A stretch of DNA of 64,000 nucleotides. Origin: an uncultured bacterium. GTDB lineage: Bacteria > Zixibacteria > MSB-5A5 > UBA10806. The notes under the pieces are model-generated. The model saw nothing but the letters and a program-made list of their open reading frames with translations, was not told the DNA's origin and did not search any database. Shown piece after piece: positions 19,801-28,467 of this stretch; position 1 is the first letter of the stretch; each line of letters opens with the position of its first letter. Position numbers and translations under genes: made by a program. The stretch spans positions 352,001 through 416,000 of the forward strand of contig CBEUCH010000001.1 in assembly GCA_965541585.1 (NCBI GenBank), in the 5' to 3' direction.

Positions 19801-21077
19801 CGGGTTTTATCCTGGGCGTCCATTTCACGCCTGTGATGCTGCATATTTCCTATGATAAGGCCGATCGGTTTATTTTCTGCCCTGATGGGACTTATGATGA
19901 CCGACTTGGTGCGGATGATTTTCTTCCCGCCCCGCGGCCATAAAGGATCGGTATTAAGATCTGGAATAAAGATCGTTTCGTTTTTTTCGATGCTTTTCCT
20001 GAAGTGCGGGGGAGGATTGGTAGAAAAAGATTTCGAATTCTGGAGAAAGTTGGCAAGAATCCGCGGGGGATCCTTCTCAAAACAGTAGGAGCGAAGGGTA
20101 AATGTTCCGTTCTCGAACAGGACGAGGAAAGCCCGGTCGAAATCCAGTGTATGCGTGAGAAATTCCGGAACCTCATTGAGAAGTTCCTCCTCGTCGAATA
20201 TCCCTGAGAGCCGGCCGGATAACTCGCTTAACGCCTCGAGCTGACGATTGGAGTACTCAAGCCGTGAGGTGCGCTCCTCGACCATCTTTTCCAGCCCGAG
20301 CGAATATTCCTTCAGTCTGGCTTCGAGTCTCTTACGCTCGGTGACGTCGCGCGCGATACCGTCATTTCTGATGACCTGTCCGTCTTCAAAGACCAGGCGG
20401 CGTCTTATCTCGAAATCCTTCACTTCGCCTGACTTTGAAATCATCCGGAATTCAAGCGCTCTTATCTTATCATCCTTGTTGTTGATCGATTTTTTCAATT
20501 TTAGTATTACCGAATCCATGTCCCCAGGGTGGATGAAATCAAATACGGACTTGCCGAGGACTTCGCTCTCTTTGTACTCCAATATTTGCTCTGCAGCCGG
20601 GCTAACGCTCAAAAATACGCCGCCTGGATCGAGAGAATAGACAATATCCGGAACATTGTCCGAAATCATTTTCAGCATCGACTCCGATTGCCGGAGCCGT
20701 CTTTGCATCAGGGTGTTATCATAGGCCTGACGGATGGAGGTGTCTATCTCTCCAATATCTACCGGCTTCAATACAAAATTGAACGCCCCCTGGCTGATTG
20801 TCTTAACAGCTTTTGGAATCGTTCCATGGGCTGTTAGGATAATCACCGGTAATTCCGGGGCGATCTTTTTCGCACGTTTTAAAACGGTCAGTCCGCCCAT
20901 CACCGGCATGTTGAGATCGCAGAGGATTACATCGAACGCGCCCGTTTCCAGAAACTTAAGGCCGCTCTGACCCGATGCTGCAGGCCTGACTGAAAATCCT
21001 CTCGAGCGGAGCTGCTTGCTTAACTCCCGCCGCTGTTTTCCATCATCCTCTATGTACAATACTCTTATTCTATCCAT
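16875..21077 (-). CDS. Cytoplasmic hybrid sensor histidine kinase (REC-PAS-GAF-multiple PAS-HisKA-HATPase)
   Basis: N-terminal receiver (IEDD, DLNMP), repeated PAS/PAC (FIHPGD, FVHPDD, DVTE/DITE), H box AGIAHEINTP, N box NQVFLNLLVNA, and G boxes DNGTGI and GTGLGL. Confidence 0.93.
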   Translation of the reverse strand: MDRIRVLYIEDDGKQRRELSKQLRSRGFSVRPAASGQSGLKFLETGAFDVILCDLNMPVMGGLTVLKRAKKIAPELPVIILTAHGTIPKAVKTISQGAFNFVLKPVDIGEIDTSIRQAYDNTLMQRRLRQSESMLKMISDNVPDIVYSLDPGGVFLSVSPAAEQILEYKESEVLGKSVFDFIHPGDMDSVILKLKKSINNKDDKIRALEFRMISKSGEVKDFEIRRRLVFEDGQVIRNDGIARDVTERKRLEARLKEYSLGLEKMVEERTSRLEYSNRQLEALSELSGRLSGIFDEEELLNEVPEFLTHTLDFDRAFLVLFENGTFTLRSYCFEKDPPRILANFLQNSKSFSTNPPPHFRKSIEKNETIFIPDLNTDPLWPRGGKKIIRTKSVIISPIRAENKPIGLIIGNMQHHRREMDAQDKTRFETFANMVGMALDNIRVYQSLDRKVIERTKSLKEANVKLTDRTRQLESNTIELARANIDLLAIQEQLEEKNLQMGRLLEDLSKGRDELQAILDSSPNVILMANNEGKITAGNRYTRDYFGIETEKIFNTNINDFLNRIKGLVKDQDRFERLCKRLTENPDSSDDDMEIKKILERSFLLTKPKSRIISLFSMPVLDKNNQELGRLWIFSDVTGLKKAEEQIHTIIEASPVPLIITRLGDGEIMYANEHLGQLIGTTAKDLIGRKSPDFYYDPDDRKTVIERLQRDGYLKNFEVRLKKLDGTVFWAIFSLVIAEMGGEPSIIGGIHDIHQRKQMEEALRWERNFVSAVLDTAGALVVVLDSDGCIVQFNQACQDTTGYRFDEVRGKHVWDLFLIAEELEQVRNIFKSLKAGHFPNTHENYWLTKDGSRRLIAWSNTALTNDDGDVEYIIASGIDVTEQREAEEKLKLYKEIFMHTSDGITLIDPDGKIIERNPAHRQYSGFSDDELYGKSLAEFICDESLAAVDEAIAKKDSFRGEIKIHNKKGDNIDIDLSLFPIYDDSGELICFAGMGRDISKRKRAEEALQASEERFRNLVEKANDIIYSLTPEGVFSYVPPNWTSILGHDVSEVQGSSFALFVHPDDLQACMDYFEKVMAGETMSGIEYRVKHKDGSWRWHTSSASPLKDENGNVVSYIGVAHDITEKMKVLEDLAQANKHLKETQIQLIQSEKMASLGLLVAGIAHEINTPIGAVNSMHDTLVRSTRKLKGILRSNLSEQYEQNQELQSILRIIDDANKVIESGTDRVTNIVRRLRSFARLDEAELKKTDIHEGLEDTLTIIHHELKHKAVVIKNYGDIPPIPCYPGPLNQVFLNLLVNASQAIKDKGEIKIATHREGKSVFIEIQDNGTGISAEHLKRVFDPGFTTKGVGVGTGLGLSICYQIIQDHRGEIKVESEVGRGTTFTIILPMDLGENSVEDDK

Positions 21078-21369
21078 ACGCCTATCCCGCCAAACTCCTT
21101 ACTTAAGAGTTCCTGCTGATTTTCGCAGGGGAAAATACCACATTTGAATTGCGAAATCAACCGGGCGCATATTGATTGTCCTTTTGCCTTGAGAGCGTTG
21201 CAGAATATCCAGGGACCTGAATTGAGATATATGGCTTCGGTTGGCTGTCAGGAAAAGAAATAGGCGTGAGGCGACGGTTAGCAATTATATAGCATAAGAG
21301 CGATATTATTTGGGTAGATACTAAATCCGATGCGGAGCCGCTCCCTCCAACCTGTTGGAAGAAAACGTA

Positions 21370-21876
21370 TTACGCCCCGCCACCGGGTGTGCGAAGGTTC
21401 AGCGTTTCTATGATCCAACAGGCTATCTCGGATCCTCTATCCGGATCAAAGTTGGTTATTTCGGGCAACACCTTTTGTGCCGATACCGTGGCAACCAGCA
21501 ATCGGTTTCCCTTATGGAGCGGTTTGGCTCCGGCGGCCACACATTCAATTATCTGGATATCCTTATTTGCAATTCCCTCCCAGAACACGATGTCTTTATC
21601 ACGAAACAGCGACTCCTCCAGTCGTTTCCGTGTATCCGGATCAGGCATTGATGAATGACAGACCCACTTATTCGGCGATATTATGATCGCCGTTTCACTT
21701 CCGGCTTTTCTGTATCTCCAGGAATCGGTTTCAGGTCGATCGAACTCATGGTCATGGGAGGTATGCTTAACAGTGGCGCTCCTGTATCCGAGGCGAGCAA
21801 ACTTCGCCGTTAAAAGCACAATGAGCTTGGTCTTACCGCTATTTTTCTGACCTGCGATACAAATGTGAGCCGGCAT
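21370..21876 (-). CDS. mobB: Molybdopterin-guanine dinucleotide biosynthesis protein B
   Basis: P-loop GQKNSGKT, VKHTSHD and DSWRYRKAGS. Located downstream of moaA. Confidence 0.88.
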   Translation of the reverse strand: MPAHICIAGQKNSGKTKLIVLLTAKFARLGYRSATVKHTSHDHEFDRPETDSWRYRKAGSETAIIISPNKWVCHSSMPDPDTRKRLEESLFRDKDIVFWEGIANKDIQIIECVAAGAKPLHKGNRLLVATVSAQKVLPEITNFDPDRGSEIACWIIETLNLRTPGGGA

Positions 21877-21945
21877 ACTCAACCTCTTATATCTCCTCTC
21901 AATTCTTGCCAGTTGCCGTTGTCAATGCGGAATGAATTCCCTGAC

Positions 21946-22953
21946 TCAGCCGCCTATTCTCCGCATCGAGGGCTTGAAACGACCAATCGATATGTCGCCC
22001 GGTATTCGCCTGAACTCGGGGCTGGCAATTGCCGCGCGGATGTAATCTTTCACATCCCCGTCGTCTCCGCCGTTATGCAGTATATCCTTGATATTCAGGT
22101 GTTTTCCTTTGAACAGGCAACCTATCAACTCTCCGGAAGAGGTTAGCCGCAAGCGATTACACAGGTTACAGAATCCCCTGCTCACCGCCGAGATAAAGCT
22201 TATGCGCCCGGGATAATCCTGAAAGCGGAAGGTTTTGGCCGGACCGGAGCTCTTAATGGAACTGCAATCCTCATCGAGTTCCAATTCTATTTTACCGCGA
22301 ATCTCCTCCTCGCCGACAAAAAGATCCGGTCCCCATCCGGATTCGTTCGTTGGCATGAATTCAATAAAACGAATATCGATCTTATGATTCAGAGCCCACC
22401 GAGCCATCGAGGAGATTTCTTCATTGTTTACCCCTCGCATTACAACGGTATTTATTTTAATGAGCGGAAAGGCACCGCATTTTTCAGCCTCGATTATCCC
22501 GGAGTAAACTTTCTCGAAACCATCAACGCCTGTAATCATCCGAAAGGTGTTCTTTTTTAAGGAATCCAGGCTTACGTTGAGTCGGCTCAGACCAGCATCA
22601 ACGAGCGCGGGCAGAAAATGGTTCAGGCGAAGACCATTCGTGGTCAGCCCGATTAGCGAAATGTTGCCCGAACCGGACGTTTCACTGATGATATTAACTA
22701 TACCTTCCCTGAGTAACGGCTCCCCCCCGGTGAACCTCACCTTACTGATGCCCAATGCTGCAAATGAGTCTATAAGCCGCATCATTTCACGATTGCTCAG
22801 CTGTCCCCGGTCCGTCTCAGCCTTGTTGGAGGAACCATAGCAATAGCCGCATCGGAGGTTGCACCGCTCCGTCAGAGAAACCCGAAGGTACGTAATCGGG
22901 CGGCCCATGAAATCGATCAATCCTGTTTTGTTGTTCAGTGAATCCATCTCCAT
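21946..22953 (-). CDS. moaA: GTP 3',8-cyclase
   Basis: YLRVSLTERCNLRCGYC, TGGEP, C-terminal FCNLCNRLRLT..C and the terminal IGG. Start moved to ATG 22953 because the upstream GTG lies inside a terminator hairpin. Confidence 0.95.
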   Translation of the reverse strand: MEMDSLNNKTGLIDFMGRPITYLRVSLTERCNLRCGYCYGSSNKAETDRGQLSNREMMRLIDSFAALGISKVRFTGGEPLLREGIVNIISETSGSGNISLIGLTTNGLRLNHFLPALVDAGLSRLNVSLDSLKKNTFRMITGVDGFEKVYSGIIEAEKCGAFPLIKINTVVMRGVNNEEISSMARWALNHKIDIRFIEFMPTNESGWGPDLFVGEEEIRGKIELELDEDCSSIKSSGPAKTFRFQDYPGRISFISAVSRGFCNLCNRLRLTSSGELIGCLFKGKHLNIKDILHNGGDDGDVKDYIRAAIASPEFRRIPGDISIGRFKPSMRRIGG

Positions 22954-22965
22954 AAATGTCCCGTT

Positions 22966-22996
22966 AAGAAAAACCCCCACCGATCAGGCAGGGGTT
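22966..22996 (-). terminator. Intrinsic terminator in the moaA leader
   Basis: The minus strand reads AACCCCTGCC-TGATC-GGTGGGGGTT followed by TTTCTT. Confidence 0.65.
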
Positions 22997-23016
22997 AATC
23001 CGATGATTCCGGAGTG

Positions 23017-23110
23017 ACCTCCTTTGCCAGAATCGGGCAGGTCGGGGAATCGCTTCCCCGGCCGTAGAGTCCCCACCATCCAACATGGGATTTGCGGGGT
23101 TCGGAGGATA
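23017..23110 (-). ncRNA. Moco/Tuco RNA motif-like cis-regulatory element (candidate riboswitch) upstream of moaA
   Basis: Minus strand: P1 CCTCC/GGAGG, a P2 CCCCGC..GTGGGG, a CGGGGAA-GCGA-TTCCCCG GNRA hairpin, and a 3' CCTGCCCGATTCTGGCAAAGGAG segment resembling the Moco RNA 3' signature. Confidence 0.6.
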
Positions 23111-23119
23111 GGGGTTTAA

Positions 23120-23797
23120 TTAATCAGCTTCCGCCATCACCTCTTTCTCGTATTCAATAAACTGTTTCGTTAACAGTAACACCGAGGCATAGAACGTTTG
23201 CGGCTTCATCTGTCCAACTCGCTCGAAAAATTTTTCAACCCAGGATGCCACGTAGGTTTTGAAAAACTGTCTCTGAATCCTATCCGCCTCCTGACAGGCA
23301 TCGAGATTTTCGCTTTTGGAAGTCTCGCGTCTGGCAAGAATCAATCTTTCCATGAACTCAAACAAAACGGAAATGTGATCCGGGATTATGCCCGGCCTGG
23401 TTAATTTCAGGCCATAATGCTCCATGAACCGCTTGACCTCGCCGGTTGTGCTCCCCCATAACTCGCCCGACCTGTCATCGTCCTCTCTATGCACAGAGGC
23501 ATATAGCGGGACGTGAGACCCCGGGCCGATAAAAAGGCGAGCAAATTCCGTTGACAGCGATTCGTAATCCAGCGAAGGAATGCTCTTTGCTTCCTTAAAA
23601 CTACCATTTACATCAGCGAGCATTCTGAAAAATCCTATGCGATGCAGTTCGTCGGCGAATTCGGGCGTAAGCTCATGGTCATATAGCCTCGCCAGAACAC
23701 CGTAAAGAGCACCCCTGACGTTGTCGGGGTACTCCTTACCGGTTGTTGATGCGTCGTCCTCAGGACGAAGAGACGAGAAAGTTGATGATTCCATCAT
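23120..23797 (-). CDS. TorD/DmsD family molybdoenzyme maturation chaperone
   Basis: EFARLFIGP..VPLYASV and PDHISVLFEFM motifs. Overlaps the end of the molybdoenzyme gene. Confidence 0.9.
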   Translation of the reverse strand: MMESSTFSSLRPEDDASTTGKEYPDNVRGALYGVLARLYDHELTPEFADELHRIGFFRMLADVNGSFKEAKSIPSLDYESLSTEFARLFIGPGSHVPLYASVHREDDDRSGELWGSTTGEVKRFMEHYGLKLTRPGIIPDHISVLFEFMERLILARRETSKSENLDACQEADRIQRQFFKTYVASWVEKFFERVGQMKPQTFYASVLLLTKQFIEYEKEVMAEAD

Positions 23798-26328
23798 GCC
23801 TTGCTAACGGTAACCACGGTGTCCATCCACCGCTGGCCTCCTCCGATAGGATCGCCGGAATTGGGTATTATCCAGTTCGGGTGAACGCCCTTGTCTTTCC
23901 ACCAGATGCGATTGGTCTCGGAATCGAGAGCATCGCTTGTTTTATCAGCCATGGGATTGGAAACCCCGTTGGCGGTGGCGAAACGACCCCACTGCCAATG
24001 GCCGCAATGGTAACTTATAGCGATAACACCCGGGATAATTCCCTCTATGACATGGGCTTTGGTCGTTATCTCACCGATGGAAGACCGGACCTTAATACTG
24101 TCGCCGTCCTTGATGTTGAATTTACCGGCTGTCGCGGGATTTATAAGGGCAGGGTTCTCATGGTAGATCTCGCTTAGATATTTACAGCCCTGGGTTCGGG
24201 AATGGGTCTGGACATTGACCTTGTAGGTAGTCAGAATCAAATCGTTTTCACCAAGCTTCTGATGCTCGGGAATCGGTATATAGGCTGGTATTGCCGAGAA
24301 TCCCGCGCCTTTGATAAAATGCGATTTCAATTCTAACAGACCGCTTTTGGCAACCTTATCGGGTTTGAAACCGACATAATAGTCGCCGTCCACTTCCTGG
24401 CAGACATAGGCTTTGTAATCTTTCCAGGAACCGCCATCCGCACCATAGTTTCCGTTCCCTGTTTTCTTGGGATCGTAAACGGTACCGGATTTATTCTTTT
24501 TCCATTTGCCGGATGCCAGATTTGCCTCGACCTCGGCCTTGTCCTTCTTCTTTGTGTGTTTTTGGTATTGGGGTTTAGCGGCTTTGTCGTACCAGGCACC
24601 GTGATCTTTCATGTACGCGAATCCCCCGGCCTCTTTCACGCCGGGCGTGTGCTCGCAAGCGTCACGGACAAATTCCTCGGCGCTGCCTAATGACATGGCC
24701 TTTGCCACGTCTCCGCCCAGACGTTTGCCGATATCGCAGGCCACGTCGATGAAATTTCTGGCCTCTCCCAGGGGTTCGACCACGGGCTGCCGGATATAGA
24801 ATTCGGGGATCATATCGTAGGAAACCATATCATCCCAATCCCAGCGCTCGAGATAAGTCGCATCCGGGAGAATCAGGTCTGCAAGATCGGCGGTTTCCGA
24901 GTAGGCCACGTCGATCACTACCACGTACGGGATTATCGATTCGTCCTTTAAAACGTCGATGTTCTTCTGACAATCTCCATTTACGTAAACCGGGTTATAA
25001 CAGAACACCATATAGATCTCAGGGCGTTCTGCTCCTGGAATATCAGCTATGCAACCCAGAACCTGGTGGCAGCTATGGTGGGTGGCGTAAGCATATGCTC
25101 CCTCGGGGGCGAATACGTGCTTCAGCTTCTTCGTTTTCGCTTTCGGCGGCTTGTAGGAATTTTTCCATTTCGCTCCGACAGCCGGACAGGTTCCGCCCGG
25201 AACGTCTATATGTCCGCAAATGGCATCGAGCATCTTGCATGCACGTTCGGTTTCCACGCCGTTATAGTGAGTAACCGCTCCGCGATATGACACCAGAGTC
25301 CCCGGTTTCGCGGCGGCGAATTCACGCGCAATTCTCTCAATATCGGCCGCGGGCACACCGGATATCTTTTCCGCCCATGCAGGGGTCATATCCTTCAGGT
25401 GGCCTTTCAACTCTTTCACCGAAACATTGGTCCATTTCGAAATGAATTCGTTGTCATAGAGGTCGTTCGACATAACGACATTGCACATGGCCAGTATGAC
25501 TGCTGAGTCCGTACCGGGCTTAATCGGATACCACTCGTCAGATTTCGATGCGGTGTTGGAAAACCTCACATCGAATGTTACTATCTTGGCTCCGCGTTCT
25601 ACTTTGGCGGCAATGGCCCTCTGCGACAGTGGGATATGGGATGTATGAGTCTCGAAAAAGTTGCAGCCGAAATTGAGTATATAGTTGGTGCGGGCCACGT
25701 CGTTGACATCATAATGATGACCCCACACCAGCTCCTGGGCGGTCCACTTGGCGCTCTCGCAGATAGCAGTATGACCGTCAACCGTTCCCGTTCCATATGC
25801 CGGCAGGAAGAATTTCTTCAAAATCGTCGATGAAGAACCCTTCATACGGCCGTAATGAAACATGAACTTTTCCGGTTTCCCTTTATCGCGGAGATCCTTC
25901 AGCTTGCCGGTCAATTCACCCAGGGCATCATCCCAGGAAACCCTCTTCCATTTGCCCTCGCCCCGTTTACCGACGCGTTTCATGGGGAACATGATACGAT
26001 CGGGATTATACACCTGGCCGACCCCTCCCTGACCACGAGAGCAGAGCTTTCCATTGGTTCTGGGGAGTTCGGGATTCCCTTCTATATGAGTTAGCCTGCC
26101 ATCTTCGACATAGCCAATAATCCCATCCCGCGACACACACTGCCAGCAGGCTGAGGCCACTCTCTTGCGCTCTTTGCCGGTGGCCGGGGAAAAGTCTTTT
26201 CCGCCCTCCAGGAGCACGGTGCCGTGAAGATTAGAACCATAGGCTTCTGTTCCCAATAATCCTGCTGAGGAAGCAGCAACTCCAGCCAGGCCGATATTTC
26301 TCAAAAATTCTCTTCTATTCTTATTCAT
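23794..26328 (-). CDS. Tat-exported DMSO-reductase-family Mo/W-bisPGD oxidoreductase catalytic subunit (Psr/Ttr/Arr-like clade)
   Basis: Tat motif NRREFL, FeS motif CWQCVSRD..LCSRG, putative Cys ligand in GHTAIC, SETADLADLILP, and a C-terminal dinucleotide-binding domain. Confidence 0.9.
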   Translation of the reverse strand: MNKNRREFLRNIGLAGVAASSAGLLGTEAYGSNLHGTVLLEGGKDFSPATGKERKRVASACWQCVSRDGIIGYVEDGRLTHIEGNPELPRTNGKLCSRGQGGVGQVYNPDRIMFPMKRVGKRGEGKWKRVSWDDALGELTGKLKDLRDKGKPEKFMFHYGRMKGSSSTILKKFFLPAYGTGTVDGHTAICESAKWTAQELVWGHHYDVNDVARTNYILNFGCNFFETHTSHIPLSQRAIAAKVERGAKIVTFDVRFSNTASKSDEWYPIKPGTDSAVILAMCNVVMSNDLYDNEFISKWTNVSVKELKGHLKDMTPAWAEKISGVPAADIERIAREFAAAKPGTLVSYRGAVTHYNGVETERACKMLDAICGHIDVPGGTCPAVGAKWKNSYKPPKAKTKKLKHVFAPEGAYAYATHHSCHQVLGCIADIPGAERPEIYMVFCYNPVYVNGDCQKNIDVLKDESIIPYVVVIDVAYSETADLADLILPDATYLERWDWDDMVSYDMIPEFYIRQPVVEPLGEARNFIDVACDIGKRLGGDVAKAMSLGSAEEFVRDACEHTPGVKEAGGFAYMKDHGAWYDKAAKPQYQKHTKKKDKAEVEANLASGKWKKNKSGTVYDPKKTGNGNYGADGGSWKDYKAYVCQEVDGDYYVGFKPDKVAKSGLLELKSHFIKGAGFSAIPAYIPIPEHQKLGENDLILTTYKVNVQTHSRTQGCKYLSEIYHENPALINPATAGKFNIKDGDSIKVRSSIGEITTKAHVIEGIIPGVIAISYHCGHWQWGRFATANGVSNPMADKTSDALDSETNRIWWKDKGVHPNWIIPNSGDPIGGGQRWMDTVVTVSKA

Positions 26329-27140
26329 CTGGTATCCCTCCCGTCAGTATAGGCTTTGGGATTGAGGGAGACATACCGGCATTGCGGATCGGTGCCTTTC
26401 TCTGGAAGCAATATTCTCACCTTCTTGGACGCCATTATTTTGGATATCTCGCTTTCGGGATCGTTCAGATCTCCGACGATCCTTGCGTTCCCCTGGCATG
26501 TATTAACGCATGCCGGGACCAATCCCGCCTCCAGTCTGTGGACGCACAGAGTACATTTATCAGCGGGATGCTCAGCAACAGCGTCTGAAGAGGTGGTTTT
26601 CTTCATGGGATTGAGAAAGCGGACGTTATAGGGACAAAGATCGACACAGGCACCGCATCCGACGCAACGATCCTCGTCGACGAGGACAACGCCGTCCGGA
26701 CGCTGAAAGGTAGCCTTTTTCATGTATTTCTCTTCCGTATTATCGGGCCAGGTAAATTTGGCCTCGATCTCCTCGACCGGGCAATCACGTATGCAAATCG
26801 GCTTGCTGCAGTGATTGCAAAGCCATGGAAGGAAAGAACGCTTAACATTGGGATAAGAACCCTCGTCCAATTCCTTTACGCTTGAACGAAACACTCCCAG
26901 CGGCACACCGAATTCCGTTTTACAGGCCACGGAACAGGCTTTGCATCCAATGCACTTATCGAGGTCGATAAGAAAGCCCCATCGATGATTTTTGTCGCCG
27001 GCAATTGCCCGGGTCACGCCTTTCGACCCCAGCGGCGCCGCGGCTATGATTGCTATTACCCCCGCTGTTTTCCCGGCATCCTTTATGAATTTTCGCCGGC
27101 TATGACCTTCCCGTCCCCGCTCACAGATCTCTTCAGCCAT
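26325..27140 (-). CDS. Four-cluster 4Fe-4S electron transfer subunit (TtrB/PsrB/DmsB-like) with its own Tat signal
   Basis: SRRKFIK leader. Cys motifs CIGCKACSVAC, CNHCSKPICIRDCP, CVGCGACVDLCP and CTLC..PACVNTC. GGAG precedes ATG 27140. Confidence 0.92.
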   Translation of the reverse strand: MAEEICERGREGHSRRKFIKDAGKTAGVIAIIAAAPLGSKGVTRAIAGDKNHRWGFLIDLDKCIGCKACSVACKTEFGVPLGVFRSSVKELDEGSYPNVKRSFLPWLCNHCSKPICIRDCPVEEIEAKFTWPDNTEEKYMKKATFQRPDGVVLVDEDRCVGCGACVDLCPYNVRFLNPMKKTTSSDAVAEHPADKCTLCVHRLEAGLVPACVNTCQGNARIVGDLNDPESEISKIMASKKVRILLPEKGTDPQCRYVSLNPKAYTDGRDTR

Positions 27141-27248
27141 AATACACTCCAAAGCTAAATCTTCGTATCCAACTCACCAATTACAACTTTTTAGGATTCA
27201 AACCTCCAGGAATAATTTTTTTTGCTCAATCATACTTAGTATTCCTCA

Positions 27249-28391
27249 TCAAATTTCAAGTTTCGCCGCCACCATAATTCGCAGGTTTCGGAATGTATCG
27301 GGCAAACCGCGATCATACGCAGTCTGAGCGAACTGCACCTCGAGGCTATATATCAACGATGGCGTTGGCTTCCAAAACATATTTCCACCCAATGTAAGAT
27401 TCTGCCTGTAGGTCAAAGGTACATTATCCGGAAGATTTTCGGGATCATCGATGCCCGAGAACAACCCGACATCAACGTCGGTCGAGAGCGGGAAGACTAA
27501 ACTTGCAAATCCACCCCAGGCTCGCACAGGTTGCGGTTTTGAATCCGGATCCAGATACGCAACCTGTCTCACGGCAGAGCCATAACCACCGGCAGATGAG
27601 CCCCAGAGGGCTCCGATCAGGCGGACATCTGACAAGCGATAATCAACGTCGCCGCGTATTATCCAGGAAGTAACGTCCTCATACTCATTGCCTAAAGGAG
27701 GATCATCAAATTGCCATACTCCCCCTGCCCCCGACAGCGAAACAAAACCTCTGTCCAGAGTTCTTTTACAGCGCCATTGAATCCACGGCAAGGTCGGCGA
27801 GGAAACAGAATACCCCACGCCTATAAGCAAGGGAGAAGGGGGCTGCTGGTTCAGCGACAGGGCAAATTCATGGCTATCCCAACTGCGACTGATTCGTACT
27901 TGCGGAAGCCGGTCATGAACGTTTCCCTGCATCCACAACCAATCGTCATTGTTAACGGCAGGGCCATTATCCCCGATAAGAAGCCAGGTTTGACCGGCCA
28001 GAACAGTCCAATCGCCTCTCTGGTGAGATATGTACGCATGACGGAACCGGGGGCGATGGTTATTATGAAAGTCGAACTCTATGCGGCCCTTGGTGATGTC
28101 TCCATCGTTATGCTTTGACATTCCGAGACCAATACGCGTCGCGTCCCAGGACATTTCAGTAATTCTGTTATCCGATTCACCGGACACATAGCCCAGATGT
28201 GTGGATTGCCTCAACTCATTGTCATCAAACGTCCATTGATAATAGACAAACCCGTCAAGCGCCAGAGTCCAGCCATCACCTTCGGCAATTGATACAGCCA
28301 TACCCGGTGTGTGGTGCCCAATTAATAAAAAAGCAACGGCCAGAACGTAGAACATGCGGCACGACAAAAAAGAAATACTAAGGCCAATCAT
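27249..28391 (-). CDS. Outer-membrane porin, DcaP-like
   Basis: Signal peptide, alternating beta strands, and IEFDF..RFRHAY..LAGQTW and RLPQVR segments typical of DcaP-type channels. Confidence 0.65.
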   Translation of the reverse strand: MIGLSISFLSCRMFYVLAVAFLLIGHHTPGMAVSIAEGDGWTLALDGFVYYQWTFDDNELRQSTHLGYVSGESDNRITEMSWDATRIGLGMSKHNDGDITKGRIEFDFHNNHRPRFRHAYISHQRGDWTVLAGQTWLLIGDNGPAVNNDDWLWMQGNVHDRLPQVRISRSWDSHEFALSLNQQPPSPLLIGVGYSVSSPTLPWIQWRCKRTLDRGFVSLSGAGGVWQFDDPPLGNEYEDVTSWIIRGDVDYRLSDVRLIGALWGSSAGGYGSAVRQVAYLDPDSKPQPVRAWGGFASLVFPLSTDVDVGLFSGIDDPENLPDNVPLTYRQNLTLGGNMFWKPTPSLIYSLEVQFAQTAYDRGLPDTFRNLRIMVAAKLEI

Positions 28392-28467
28392 CTAGGTTAC
28401 CTGCCTTTGTGTGGATTGAATACTTTCACCAAATCAAACGGTCTACTGCTCGTTTGGGCTCCATCAT

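Noticed and set aside
22954..22980. N-terminal extension of MoaA from the GTG at 22980
   Set aside because: It falls within the leader terminator hairpin; ATG 22953 or 22947 is more plausible.
23794..26328. Specific assignment as arrA, arxA, ttrA or psrA
   Set aside because: The diagnostic segments do not clearly match any of them, so a phylogeny is needed.
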